Under the pieces are notes generated by a model. The model was given only the letters and a program-made list of their open reading frames with translations, had not been told where the DNA came from and did not search any database. From IMG/VR virus record IMGVR_UViG_3300042475_000814, positions 1-58,312 of that record: a stretch of DNA of 58,312 nt, one strand, 5' to 3'. Positions 49,019 through 56,602 of the stretch are shown here, piece after piece. The position numbers and the translations under genes are program-made. This stretch comes from a virus (Duplodnaviria; Caudoviricetes). The first letter of the stretch is position 1, and every line of letters starts with the position of its first letter.

Positions 49019-49197
49019 AGCTCCCTCGCTTTCTTTTCAAAAAACCATTTCCATTTTCTTTGTTTTGCAATCGTAACAAGATACTTTTTAACAAATTCTT
49101 CAAGTTTTATTCCTAGTCTTTTTGCTATATCAAATTCAACTTGAGTTATTTTTATAGGATATATTTTGTTTTCCCCACGCACCTTTCTAATAATCAT
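49015..49197 (-). CDS. Small basic protein (IAKRLGI.LEEF)
   Basis: ORF track. Confidence 0.65.
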   Translation of the reverse strand: MIIRKVRGENKIYPIKITQVEFDIAKRLGIKLEEFVKKYLVTIAKQRKWKWFFEKKAREL

Positions 49198-49391
49198 CTA
49201 TCGCTCCTCATTGTTTGTTTAGCCTCTTCACACAACTTTGCGTAATCTTTGGGTACATCAGGATGCCAACCACCTAGTAATAGTTCGCAGTTTAATTTGT
49301 AGACTTCTTCTCTACGACTTACTTCGGTTAGATAGATAATGAGTCCACAAAATAAAATCCACATTACTACAACAACTTGTATCGATTTCAT
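49194..49391 (-). CDS. Small membrane-anchored protein
   Basis: N-terminal TM segment, C..HPD..C. Confidence 0.6.
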   Translation of the reverse strand: MKSIQVVVVMWILFCGLIIYLTEVSRREEVYKLNCELLLGGWHPDVPKDYAKLCEEAKQTMRSDR

Positions 49392-49804
49392 TTCACCACC
49401 TTCCACATGTTGTTTCTGTTTAAACTTTGCTCCATTTCACCTGATAACCGTTTTTGTTTTAAATGTAATTGGTTTGTTCTTAATTTACTAACAGCCTCAA
49501 CGCCATATTTCTTTGCTTTTTTATTTATTATGCAATCTAATTTAGTCTCTTCTAACCAGTCAAGTAACTCAACCTGTTTGTTTTTAGGTGTAATCCACAA
49601 CCTCTCACTTAAAGGTGTTAAATGTTGTGCTACCCATACTCTTGTACCTTGTTTAATTAATTTAGTTGATCTTAAAAGGCCTGTTTCTTGCGGATAAACA
49701 CCAAACTCATACATACATGCCATACCCAGCAAGTAAGAATTGCCAAACTCATTCCACGATCTAATAATCATGGCATCCCAAAACCGTTGATTAATCTCTC
49801 TCAT
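49388..49804 (-). CDS. Hypothetical protein
   Basis: ORF track. Confidence 0.6.
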   Translation of the reverse strand: MREINQRFWDAMIIRSWNEFGNSYLLGMACMYEFGVYPQETGLLRSTKLIKQGTRVWVAQHLTPLSERLWITPKNKQVELLDWLEETKLDCIINKKAKKYGVEAVSKLRTNQLHLKQKRLSGEMEQSLNRNNMWKVVK

Positions 49805-49983
49805 TCTTTAACCCTCCGTTTTTTAATTGCGGTTATACCTGCCTCCTCTTGTGGCCTACGGGCTACTATCATGGTATCTGCTACTAAATAAGCCTCTTCC
49901 GCTAAATCACCATAATTTTTATTAATTATTAAACCCATCATGGCAAACATTGCAAAGCAATCCCTTAAGTCGTTTTCGTTCAT
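49801..49983 (-). CDS. Small protein, DLRDCFA family (paralogue-like of 48372..48584)
   Basis: DLRDCFAMFAM...AYLVADTMIVAR. Confidence 0.7.
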   Translation of the reverse strand: MNENDLRDCFAMFAMMGLIINKNYGDLAEEAYLVADTMIVARRPQEEAGITAIKKRRVKE

Positions 49984-50270
49984 TAGTCCACCTTCTCTAA
50001 CATTTCTAACTGCTCAGTGACCGTGTTGTCTATGTATCTACCTTTGATGGCTATTATGTCTAGATACTGTATCTTGCCAACAGTCTTAACTGCATCACGG
50101 ATAGCTTGGTTATAGCCAGCCCTGTAAGGTTTACTACCATCAAGTATCATGCAGATAGCATCACGAATTAAGCCGGAAGCTTTGCGTTCTTTGGCCAACT
50201 CGCTTATCCTGTCGTGATACTCTTTCGGCAGATAAACACTGTACGGGATTAAATTCTTTACTTTTTCCAT
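49983..50270 (-). CDS. Ribbon-helix-helix-like DNA-binding protein
   Basis: YSVYLP..YHDRI..LA....SGLIRDAI. Confidence 0.55.
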   Translation of the reverse strand: MEKVKNLIPYSVYLPKEYHDRISELAKERKASGLIRDAICMILDGSKPYRAGYNQAIRDAVKTVGKIQYLDIIAIKGRYIDNTVTEQLEMLEKVD

Positions 50271-50674
50271 GCTTCAAATCCTTCTCTAAATTTTATAAAT
50301 GCGTTTCGGGCATCTTCATTAGTCTTTAACTCCGCCCGTGAACCTACCTCAAAGTAATACTTAAACCACTCTACGCACTCTCCTTCTGTGGTTATGATCT
50401 CGTTACAACTTATCTCCACATAACCCCAAAACTCTCTATCCCTACACAACATCCCAGCCTGTGCTACTGCTGGATGATGTTTCTTAAACTCCTCTCGGTT
50501 TATAGGTCTTTCGTCATCGCCTATCCTCACCATAACAACCATGTATCGTGCGCCCACAAAATCCCGCATCAAGTCGTCAGGTAAATCGTCAGGATGAACC
50601 GCAACCGTCAGTATGTAACCATCTTTCGATTGCTTTAAACCCGTCTTAACTCCTTCAAACTGGATTGTTTCCAA
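50258..50674 (-). CDS. Conserved phage hypothetical protein (AGMLCRD..FW, SRAEL)
   Basis: ORF track. Confidence 0.7.
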   Translation of the reverse strand: METIQFEGVKTGLKQSKDGYILTVAVHPDDLPDDLMRDFVGARYMVVMVRIGDDERPINREEFKKHHPAVAQAGMLCRDREFWGYVEISCNEIITTEGECVEWFKYYFEVGSRAELKTNEDARNAFIKFREGFEAWKK

Positions 50675-50909
50675 TCTTGTCCTCCAAGTATTCTATGATT
50701 CCTTTTAACTTATGACCTCGGATAACCGACATATTTAACTCAGACTTTAGCTTAACGATTTCTTTCTTACAGTCCTCATCAAGCTTGTCATATTTTTCTC
50801 GCCATTCTAAACACCACTTGCGGTGTTGTTCGCTCTCGTCAATTTCTTTTTCAAGGGCTTTCTGTAAATTCTTGGCCAGCTTTTGCCAATCTATTTTCCT
50901 ATTCGTCAT
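50655..50909 (-). CDS. Coiled-coil hypothetical protein
   Basis: ORF track. Confidence 0.6.
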   Translation of the reverse strand: MTNRKIDWQKLAKNLQKALEKEIDESEQHRKWCLEWREKYDKLDEDCKKEIVKLKSELNMSVIRGHKLKGIIEYLEDKIGNNPV

Positions 50910-51153
50910 AAGGTAATCTCTCCTCTTTAGGTGCTTCTTTCTGATATGTGTTTACTTTCAAAGATAAGAACGTGCCATTGCGGGAATCTCTCTCCCACGC
51001 ATCAATCTTAATCGTCACCAGCCCTCGTGAATTGTCTAATAACGCTCTAAGGTAGTCTCTGTCTAAGTCTAGTTGTCCGTAACGATCAGGGGCTTTAGGA
51101 TGTTTCTTTTCTTTTGTTGTCCACAGAACGCCTGTGTTTGGGTAATCACTCAT
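50899..51153 (-). CDS. Small ssDNA-binding-like protein
   Basis: NTGVLW...PDRYG...AW...GTFLSL, acidic LPY tail; follows ERF. Confidence 0.55.
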   Translation of the reverse strand: MSDYPNTGVLWTTKEKKHPKAPDRYGQLDLDRDYLRALLDNSRGLVTIKIDAWERDSRNGTFLSLKVNTYQKEAPKEERLPYDE

Positions 51154-51839
51154 GCTAATTCCTTTTTCTTAGATTTAAATGCTGATAATAATTCTGCGTA
51201 TACTTCGTTGTGTTCTTCTTTCAGCTTGTCGTAGATAATTCTATTCACCTTAAATATCTCGTCTACATCTGCGGGCGTGTTTGTAATGGCAAGTAATGTA
51301 GAAGTGGCTAACTTAACCGCATCCTGAAATAAATCATTCGTGGATACAGTAATCTGCCAAGATCCTTCTTTACCGCTAATAGTTTCCTTAACTTCCTTAA
51401 CAGGGGGCTTTACCGGTTTCTCATTAGTAATCTCTTTGCCTGTCTCTTTACCAGTTACCGCATCTAGAGAATCATGCTCACAGATTTCAAACGCCATAGT
51501 CCATAAATACCGCCTTAAGTAAGTCTGCACCGCACCTAGGTTCTGCACTTCATGGCATCCCTTTAACTGCGCCGAGGACATGGGCGATGTAAAGGTAGTA
51601 AACGAGGTTGCAACATTCGGTTCTACTGCATCTATATCGTGAAAGGTTAAATACGCCGTATCCGGTGTAAACGATACAATCCCACATAAACCCACTTTAA
51701 GACATATCTCCTGAATTTCCGGCAGGAAGTCTGCTAACTCAAAATACTCATAGCCAGCAAATTTATTCTTACCTGACTTTGACAACTTAGTTCTTTGGAG
51801 CTGTATGCGAGCCTCCTGTAACTTTCTATATATACTCAT
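51150..51839 (-). CDS. erf: ERF-family single-strand annealing protein
   Basis: KSGKNKF..Y.YFELADF, QNLGAVQTYLRRYL. Confidence 0.85.
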   Translation of the reverse strand: MSIYRKLQEARIQLQRTKLSKSGKNKFAGYEYFELADFLPEIQEICLKVGLCGIVSFTPDTAYLTFHDIDAVEPNVATSFTTFTSPMSSAQLKGCHEVQNLGAVQTYLRRYLWTMAFEICEHDSLDAVTGKETGKEITNEKPVKPPVKEVKETISGKEGSWQITVSTNDLFQDAVKLATSTLLAITNTPADVDEIFKVNRIIYDKLKEEHNEVYAELLSAFKSKKKELA

Positions 51840-52060
51840 TTTTTTATCCAAAATACTGCAACAATTAATAAGAAAATCCAACCTATTGCAAGCACATTTT
51901 TTATCATCACAAGGTTGTCTTGTTTCTGCGCCCGACCACTAAAGATTAAAGCCCTTTGTAGTCTTAGCATATCCATGTCATCTATCATCTGTGGTTTAGG
52001 GGATTCGTTGTATCTCGAACCAATCTTAATGCCGGTGCTGGTTGTGTATGGTGTGTTCAT
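51836..52060 (-). CDS. Hypothetical protein with C-terminal TM segment
   Basis: PYTTSTGIKIG motif. Confidence 0.65.
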   Translation of the reverse strand: MNTPYTTSTGIKIGSRYNESPKPQMIDDMDMLRLQRALIFSGRAQKQDNLVMIKNVLAIGWIFLLIVAVFWIKK

Positions 52061-52224
52061 CCTAAACTCCCTAAGTATCTGTCAGCAAACTCTTCTGCAT
52101 AGGCCATTAAATGTGGAGTGTAATCTCCAAAAATCTCTACGTTTTCCGTCCATTCCTTATAGTGATATGAATTTCCAGCCAATGCCACCATAAAGTCGTA
52201 TACCATTTCTTGTCTAGTTTTCAT
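52057..52224 (-). CDS. Small hypothetical protein (55 aa)
   Basis: Manual translation MKTRQEMVYDFMVALA...; ATGA coupled. Confidence 0.6.
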   Translation of the reverse strand: MKTRQEMVYDFMVALAGNSYHYKEWTENVEIFGDYTPHLMAYAEEFADRYLGSLG

Positions 52225-53096
52225 ACTTTCTCCTTTAAATAATCTTGATACTGTTTACAAAACTTATTAACTGGACAAAACGTGTCGCACCTTGTCCGCT
52301 CTCCCGCCCGTACTTCTACTTCATACCCTTTACCGAGTTCATCCATCTTTGCTTGTGCCTCCACTTCATCCGTGAAGACGTTTGTTGCTCGTTTATTCCC
52401 AATTTTCTTAACCGCATAAGAAGTCTGTTTTTCCCACATTTCGACAGATGTGCAGAGAACATAATCTTCCCCAGTCTCGGTGGCCAAATACGCATTGGAA
52501 TGTAGTCCAATCCTTTCTTTAATAAAACTCTCACGGGCTTCGTATGTCCACAGTGGTACATCAATAACCTTGACGGGGGCTTCAGGATAACCCTCCTTGT
52601 TTTGCGCATCCCTTCTACTCCAATCTCTGATTATGGCTATAATCTCAATCTTCTTTACAGGTGTCTTCTTTACACTTTCCACTAGCCAAGCGTAAATATT
52701 TAACTGTTGTTCCCATTCAATCTTTTCATTCATTACCGCCCATGCACCGGTAGTCTTGTAGTCAGAGACAATAATTCCATCCTCTTCGACTCGCTGCAAA
52801 TCAATTGCGCCCGAAATATTCCAGCCATCTACCTCTGCGTGTAGCCTTTGCTCAATGATATGGTTATCATCCTTGCCAAGTTCTAATATAGAGTGGATAG
52901 CCGTGCCGAATATAGCCCATATCCTGTCCGTTACATCCTCCTCTAGATTCTCCCAATGAGTTTTCCTCAGTTGAGCAATCTGTGGTGGCATCAGTAATTC
53001 AGTAGCAGATAAGTGTGCCTTACCCTTTGAATAAGTCGGTCTTTCCAAAACATTGACGAATGTCTGTGGCAAGTTAAACTTGTTAGTTAGTTTCAT
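52221..53096 (-). CDS. PD-(D/E)XK exonuclease (recombination partner of ERF)
   Basis: GTAIH, SGAID, DYKT, QLNIY, C-terminal Cys cluster; GGAGG SD before MKLTN. Confidence 0.85.
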   Translation of the reverse strand: MKLTNKFNLPQTFVNVLERPTYSKGKAHLSATELLMPPQIAQLRKTHWENLEEDVTDRIWAIFGTAIHSILELGKDDNHIIEQRLHAEVDGWNISGAIDLQRVEEDGIIVSDYKTTGAWAVMNEKIEWEQQLNIYAWLVESVKKTPVKKIEIIAIIRDWSRRDAQNKEGYPEAPVKVIDVPLWTYEARESFIKERIGLHSNAYLATETGEDYVLCTSVEMWEKQTSYAVKKIGNKRATNVFTDEVEAQAKMDELGKGYEVEVRAGERTRCDTFCPVNKFCKQYQDYLKEKV

Positions 53097-53128
53097 TAAT
53101 CCTCCATGTTGTACTACAATCCAACTAC

Positions 53129-53157
53129 AGAATAGCAAATCTATTTTTAAATGTCAA
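53129..53157 (-). promoter_or_regulatory. Sigma70 promoter of the recombination operon
   Basis: TTGACA-17 bp-TATTCT with extended -10 TG. Confidence 0.75.
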
Positions 53158-53200
53158 CAGGTTGTACCCATATATTTTCATGTGTTGCAAAGGAACAAAA

Positions 53201-53518
53201 ATGGCCGGTGTTTCCCCTACCCAGCGCAGTCTAAAGATTATGCGAGAGCGTGGTTATCATTGTGAGATAGTAGAAAAATGGAATAGTTTTGTAAAAATAC
53301 GACAAGACCTCTTCGGATTCATTGATGTTCTATGCCTTGGCCAGAACGAGATTATTGGTGTTCAGACCACGACTAGCGCACATATGGCCGAGCGGATTCA
53401 TAAAATTAAAGATCACGCAAACTATCAGGCGGTAGTAGATTCGGGCATCAAGATACTTGTGCATGGCTGGGTAAAACGCACGAATGGAAGGTGGGAATGT
53501 CGTGAAGAATTGATATAA
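53201..53518 (+). CDS. Small PD-(D/E)XK-type nuclease (Holliday junction resolvase-like)
   Basis: SPTQRSL..RERGY, DLFGFIDVL, GVQTT, VHGW. Confidence 0.65.
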   Translation: MAGVSPTQRSLKIMRERGYHCEIVEKWNSFVKIRQDLFGFIDVLCLGQNEIIGVQTTTSAHMAERIHKIKDHANYQAVVDSGIKILVHGWVKRTNGRWECREELI

Positions 53519-53539
53519 TTGATTGGTGAGAAGTGATTT

Positions 53540-53568
53540 AGGGGGCTGAAATATGTCCCCTTTTTTTT
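53540..53568 (+). terminator. Intrinsic terminator
   Basis: AGGGGGC-tgaaatat-GTCCCCT followed by T run. Confidence 0.75.
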
Positions 53569-53604
53569 GTCTATAGACGCTAAATGAGACAATATGATAC
53601 TATA

Positions 53605-53680
53605 TGTCAACAGTTCTATCTGTTAGCACTCCTCCGTGCGAACCCTAATGCCCTAGACTAATCCACTAGGGCATTTTCTC
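53605..53680 (+). ncRNA. Candidate ~70-nt sRNA with anti-SD loop
   Basis: Hairpin GTTAGCAC-TCCTCC-GTGCGAAC, then terminator-like AATGCCCTAG/CTAGGGCATT. Confidence 0.45.
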
Positions 53681-53726
53681 TGTTAGCCTAACACTTCCTT
53701 ACAGCAAGCTAACACTTCATTAACAC

Positions 53727-53755
53727 TAGCAATCTTTTAAAAGTTATGTTATAGT
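53727..53755 (+). promoter_or_regulatory. Promoter of structured leader RNA
   Basis: TAGCAA-17 bp-TATAGT with extended -10 TG. Confidence 0.6.
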
Positions 53756-53761
53756 TTAACT

Positions 53762-53886
53762 ATTGCGACCTGAGAACCGCTAAGAGTCCCTTGATAGGTA
53801 TATTGATAGGGCGTTTTACTAAGTTACTGATAGTGCTTACCTAAACGTCCTAGTTCTCAGCAATATATCTTTTAAGGGATTTTTTT
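53762..53886 (+). ncRNA. Leader RNA/attenuator with c4/CI-type architecture
   Basis: 5' loop CTGAGAAC complementary to bulged GTTCTCAG in a long terminator-like hairpin ending in a T run. Confidence 0.55.
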
Positions 53887-54217
53887 ATTGGTCGTAATCG
53901 CAGAACGGCGATACAGATGGTTATTCCCAGCTACCTTACATGGGAACTTGCTAATGACCGAGCAAGTAAATGAAACAGGTTGCGCTTGTAGTGTATACAC
54001 GGGGCGGCGCAGTGGAACTTAAATGGGTATCCACACGAACAGAACATGATAAAGGTGATGCGAAGCTAGTTTGGCCGACTAGAGTTGACAGGCGTTCTGG
54101 AAGATAAACATTACCTCAGGGAGCAGTGGGAGCAATCCGGCTGAAGGTGGTTAAAGACTATGTTGAGTTACAAGGCATATCACCATCTCGCCCCGTGGTT
54201 AACACCGTTTATCTACA
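53887..54217 (+). ncRNA. Candidate large multi-branched structured RNA or ssDNA element
   Basis: Long-range CACGGGGCG/CGCCCCGTG helix plus at least 8 internal or adjacent stems, GCAA tetraloop; no ORF of 60 aa or more. Confidence 0.55.
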
Positions 54218-54220
54218 GAG

Positions 54221-54264
54221 ATGACAAAGTATAGATTCATGTGCTATAATAAGTGTGGTATAAT
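54221..54264 (+). promoter_or_regulatory. Tandem extended -10 promoters for the replication operon
   Basis: ATGACA-18 bp-TGCTATAAT and a second TGGTATAAT 14 bp downstream. Confidence 0.7.
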
Positions 54265-54297
54265 AACAGTGGATTCTGTTTAACGGAGAGAGAGAAT

Positions 54298-55083
54298 ATG
54301 AAGATAGAAGATATAGTAATTGACGCTAAGACGCAGATGCGTGAAATCAGCGAAGACGTAGTAACTGACTACACTGAGAAGCTATTAGATGGAGTTAAAT
54401 TCCCGCCCGTGGAAGTGTTTACAGACGGGAAAATCACTTGGTTAGTGGACGGGTTTCAAAGACTGTTAGCGCACCAACGGGCAAAGTTAGCACACATTGA
54501 AGCAGTCACTCATAAAGGAACGCTACGAGACGCTCAGTTTTATGCGTTAGGAGTAAATGATAAGCACGGCAAGCCTAGAACGATTAAGGATAAAACAAAT
54601 GCGGTATTAACCGCCTTAGAAGATATGGAATGGGGGCTATTAAGCAATAGAGAAATAGCCAAGGCGTGTAATGTATCCCATGTATTTGTGGCAAAAGTTA
54701 AGAAATCCTTAGAAAAACCATCAAAAAAGAAGCCAAAAAAGGCACAAAAAAAGCCCGCAACGCTCGTAGTTAAAGGCTCTGAGTCTGAAGTGGTAACGTT
54801 ACCACTTGAGTATGATCCTAGGGAAGATCAGATTACTGAACTGTCTACAACCAATCGGCAATTATCAGAAGAGAATACTAAGTTAAAGGATAAAGACTTA
54901 GTTGTTAACGAAGATAAGGCGGTGGTGCTGGACGAAATTACCGGTTTGCGTAATCAGATTAAAGGGCTGGAGGCAGAGTTAAAGGCGGTTAAAAACTCCC
55001 GTGATCAGTTCCAAAATAAGAATCTAGAGTTAATAAAACAGGTAAAATATTTAGAGAATAAGATTAAGAAGTCCGGATTGTAA
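54298..55083 (+). CDS. ParB-like protein (ParB/Srx N-domain, HTH, C-terminal coiled coil)
   Basis: FPPVEVF...LVDGFQRLLAH, SNREIAKACNVSHVFVAKV, heptad C-terminus. Confidence 0.8.
   Translation: MKIEDIVIDAKTQMREISEDVVTDYTEKLLDGVKFPPVEVFTDGKITWLVDGFQRLLAHQRAKLAHIEAVTHKGTLRDAQFYALGVNDKHGKPRTIKDKTNAVLTALEDMEWGLLSNREIAKACNVSHVFVAKVKKSLEKPSKKKPKKAQKKPATLVVKGSESEVVTLPLEYDPREDQITELSTTNRQLSEENTKLKDKDLVVNEDKAVVLDEITGLRNQIKGLEAELKAVKNSRDQFQNKNLELIKQVKYLENKIKKSGL
54788..54807. repeat. Palindrome copy 3 (20-bp AAGTGGTAACGTTACCACTT) inside the ParB-like gene
   Basis: Direct reading. Confidence 0.95.
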
Positions 55084-55123
55084 TACCGAAGTTGGGCGGT
55101 TTCCCATCAGGAACGGAGAGAGT

Positions 55124-56602
55124 ATGTTGCAGTTGCGAGAGCATCAGTTGGAAGTTGTTGAGAAGTTAATAGAGGGATTTAAAGAACACCGTTGTCAAAT
55201 ACTATATGCTCCTACCGGATTCGGTAAGACAGAAGTGGCGATGGCTATGATGTTAGAAGTATCTAAGCAGTTTAAAAAGACCGCTATGATACTTGATAGG
55301 GTTGTTCTCGTTGAGCAAACCAGTCTACGCCTAGGTAAGTATCAAATCCCGCACGGGGTTATGCAAGCAAATCATTGGCGTAAACAACCACATGAACGGA
55401 TACAAGTCTGTTCTGCCCAAACCTTAGAAAAGCGCAAGATTATTCCTGAAATGGAATTATTAATCGTGGATGAATGTCATGTCCGGCGCAAAGGAACGCT
55501 AGAGTTAATAAAGAATAACCCCAACCTAAAAGTTATAGGGCTTACTGCTACGCCTTTTACCGATGGGCTAGGGGATACATATACCAATGTGGTCGGTGCG
55601 TCCCCTACTTCTGAGTTAATACAAAAGGGCTGGCTAACTCCTTTGAAAGTCTATATTGCAAAAGAAATAGACATGACGGGCGCAAAGAAGAACTCGTTCG
55701 GTGAGTGGGCGGAAAGCGAAACCACAAGCCGAGGCATGAAGATTACAGGGGATATTATTACCGAGTGGGTTAAATTGACCTACGCAATATATGGTGGCCC
55801 CGCTAAGACTATAGTGTTCTGTTCGGGGGTTAAGCACGGCAAAGACTTAGAGGCCAAGTTTAATGAGGCGGGGTATAACTTTAAGTCTATATCTTATCGA
55901 GAGGATGACGAATACAAACGGATAACTATTGAAGACTTTGCCCGCCCTGATACAGACATTGTTGGTCTTATTGCCACAGACATTCTAACCCGTGGGTTTG
56001 ATGTAAGTGATGTAATGATAGGTGTATCTGCCCGCCCTTTTAGTAAGTCGTTCTCTAGCCATGTTCAGCAGATGGGTAGGGTTATGCGCCCGCATGAGGG
56101 TAAGGATTGGGCATATTGGCTAGATCATTCCGGTAATTATTTAAGATTCCGTAAAGAGTGGGATGAGTTATATGATGAAGGGGTTAAGGAGTTAAAAGAC
56201 GGAGCAGAGTCTACCAAAAAAGAGCCAACAGAAAAGGAAAAGAAACAATCCATATGCCCTGCTTGTAAAGGATTATGGACTTCAAGCACAGATATTTGTA
56301 ACGAATGTGGACATGTCCGTCAGTCTAAAGTAATGTTTGAATCCGTGGCTGGAGAGTTAGTCGAGTTGGACGGGGTTAGTAGACAGGCAGATACAAATGC
56401 ATCACAGTTTTACGCAGAGGTGCTTTACTATGCAAGACTACAAGGATACAAGGATGGTTGGGCAGCATACAAATATAAAGAGAAGTTCGGCATCTTCCCG
56501 TCCAGATATCTAAGTAGCATTGCGCCACAACCACCTAGTAATAAAACATTAGGTTGGATTAAATCACGCAACATAGCATATGCAAAGGCTAGACAACAAT
56601 GA
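55124..56602 (+). CDS. SF2 (DExH) helicase with C-terminal Zn finger
   Basis: PTGFGKT, DECH, TATP, QQMGRVMR, CPAC/CNECG. Confidence 0.9.
   Translation: MLQLREHQLEVVEKLIEGFKEHRCQILYAPTGFGKTEVAMAMMLEVSKQFKKTAMILDRVVLVEQTSLRLGKYQIPHGVMQANHWRKQPHERIQVCSAQTLEKRKIIPEMELLIVDECHVRRKGTLELIKNNPNLKVIGLTATPFTDGLGDTYTNVVGASPTSELIQKGWLTPLKVYIAKEIDMTGAKKNSFGEWAESETTSRGMKITGDIITEWVKLTYAIYGGPAKTIVFCSGVKHGKDLEAKFNEAGYNFKSISYREDDEYKRITIEDFARPDTDIVGLIATDILTRGFDVSDVMIGVSARPFSKSFSSHVQQMGRVMRPHEGKDWAYWLDHSGNYLRFRKEWDELYDEGVKELKDGAESTKKEPTEKEKKQSICPACKGLWTSSTDICNECGHVRQSKVMFESVAGELVELDGVSRQADTNASQFYAEVLYYARLQGYKDGWAAYKYKEKFGIFPSRYLSSIAPQPPSNKTLGWIKSRNIAYAKARQQ

Noticed and set aside
52221-53096. Cas4 / CRISPR association
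   Set aside because: Context with ERF and an SSB-like gene indicates a recombination exonuclease; no array present
53946-54000. Hammerhead-like words CTAATGA...GAAAC...GTA
   Set aside because: Core is CUAAUGA rather than CUGANGA, and stems I and II do not pair
54001-54200. tmRNA or tRNA suggested by the GGGGC start and CACCA near 54181
   Set aside because: No T-arm GTTCRA or acceptor-stem geometry; no tag reading frame recognised
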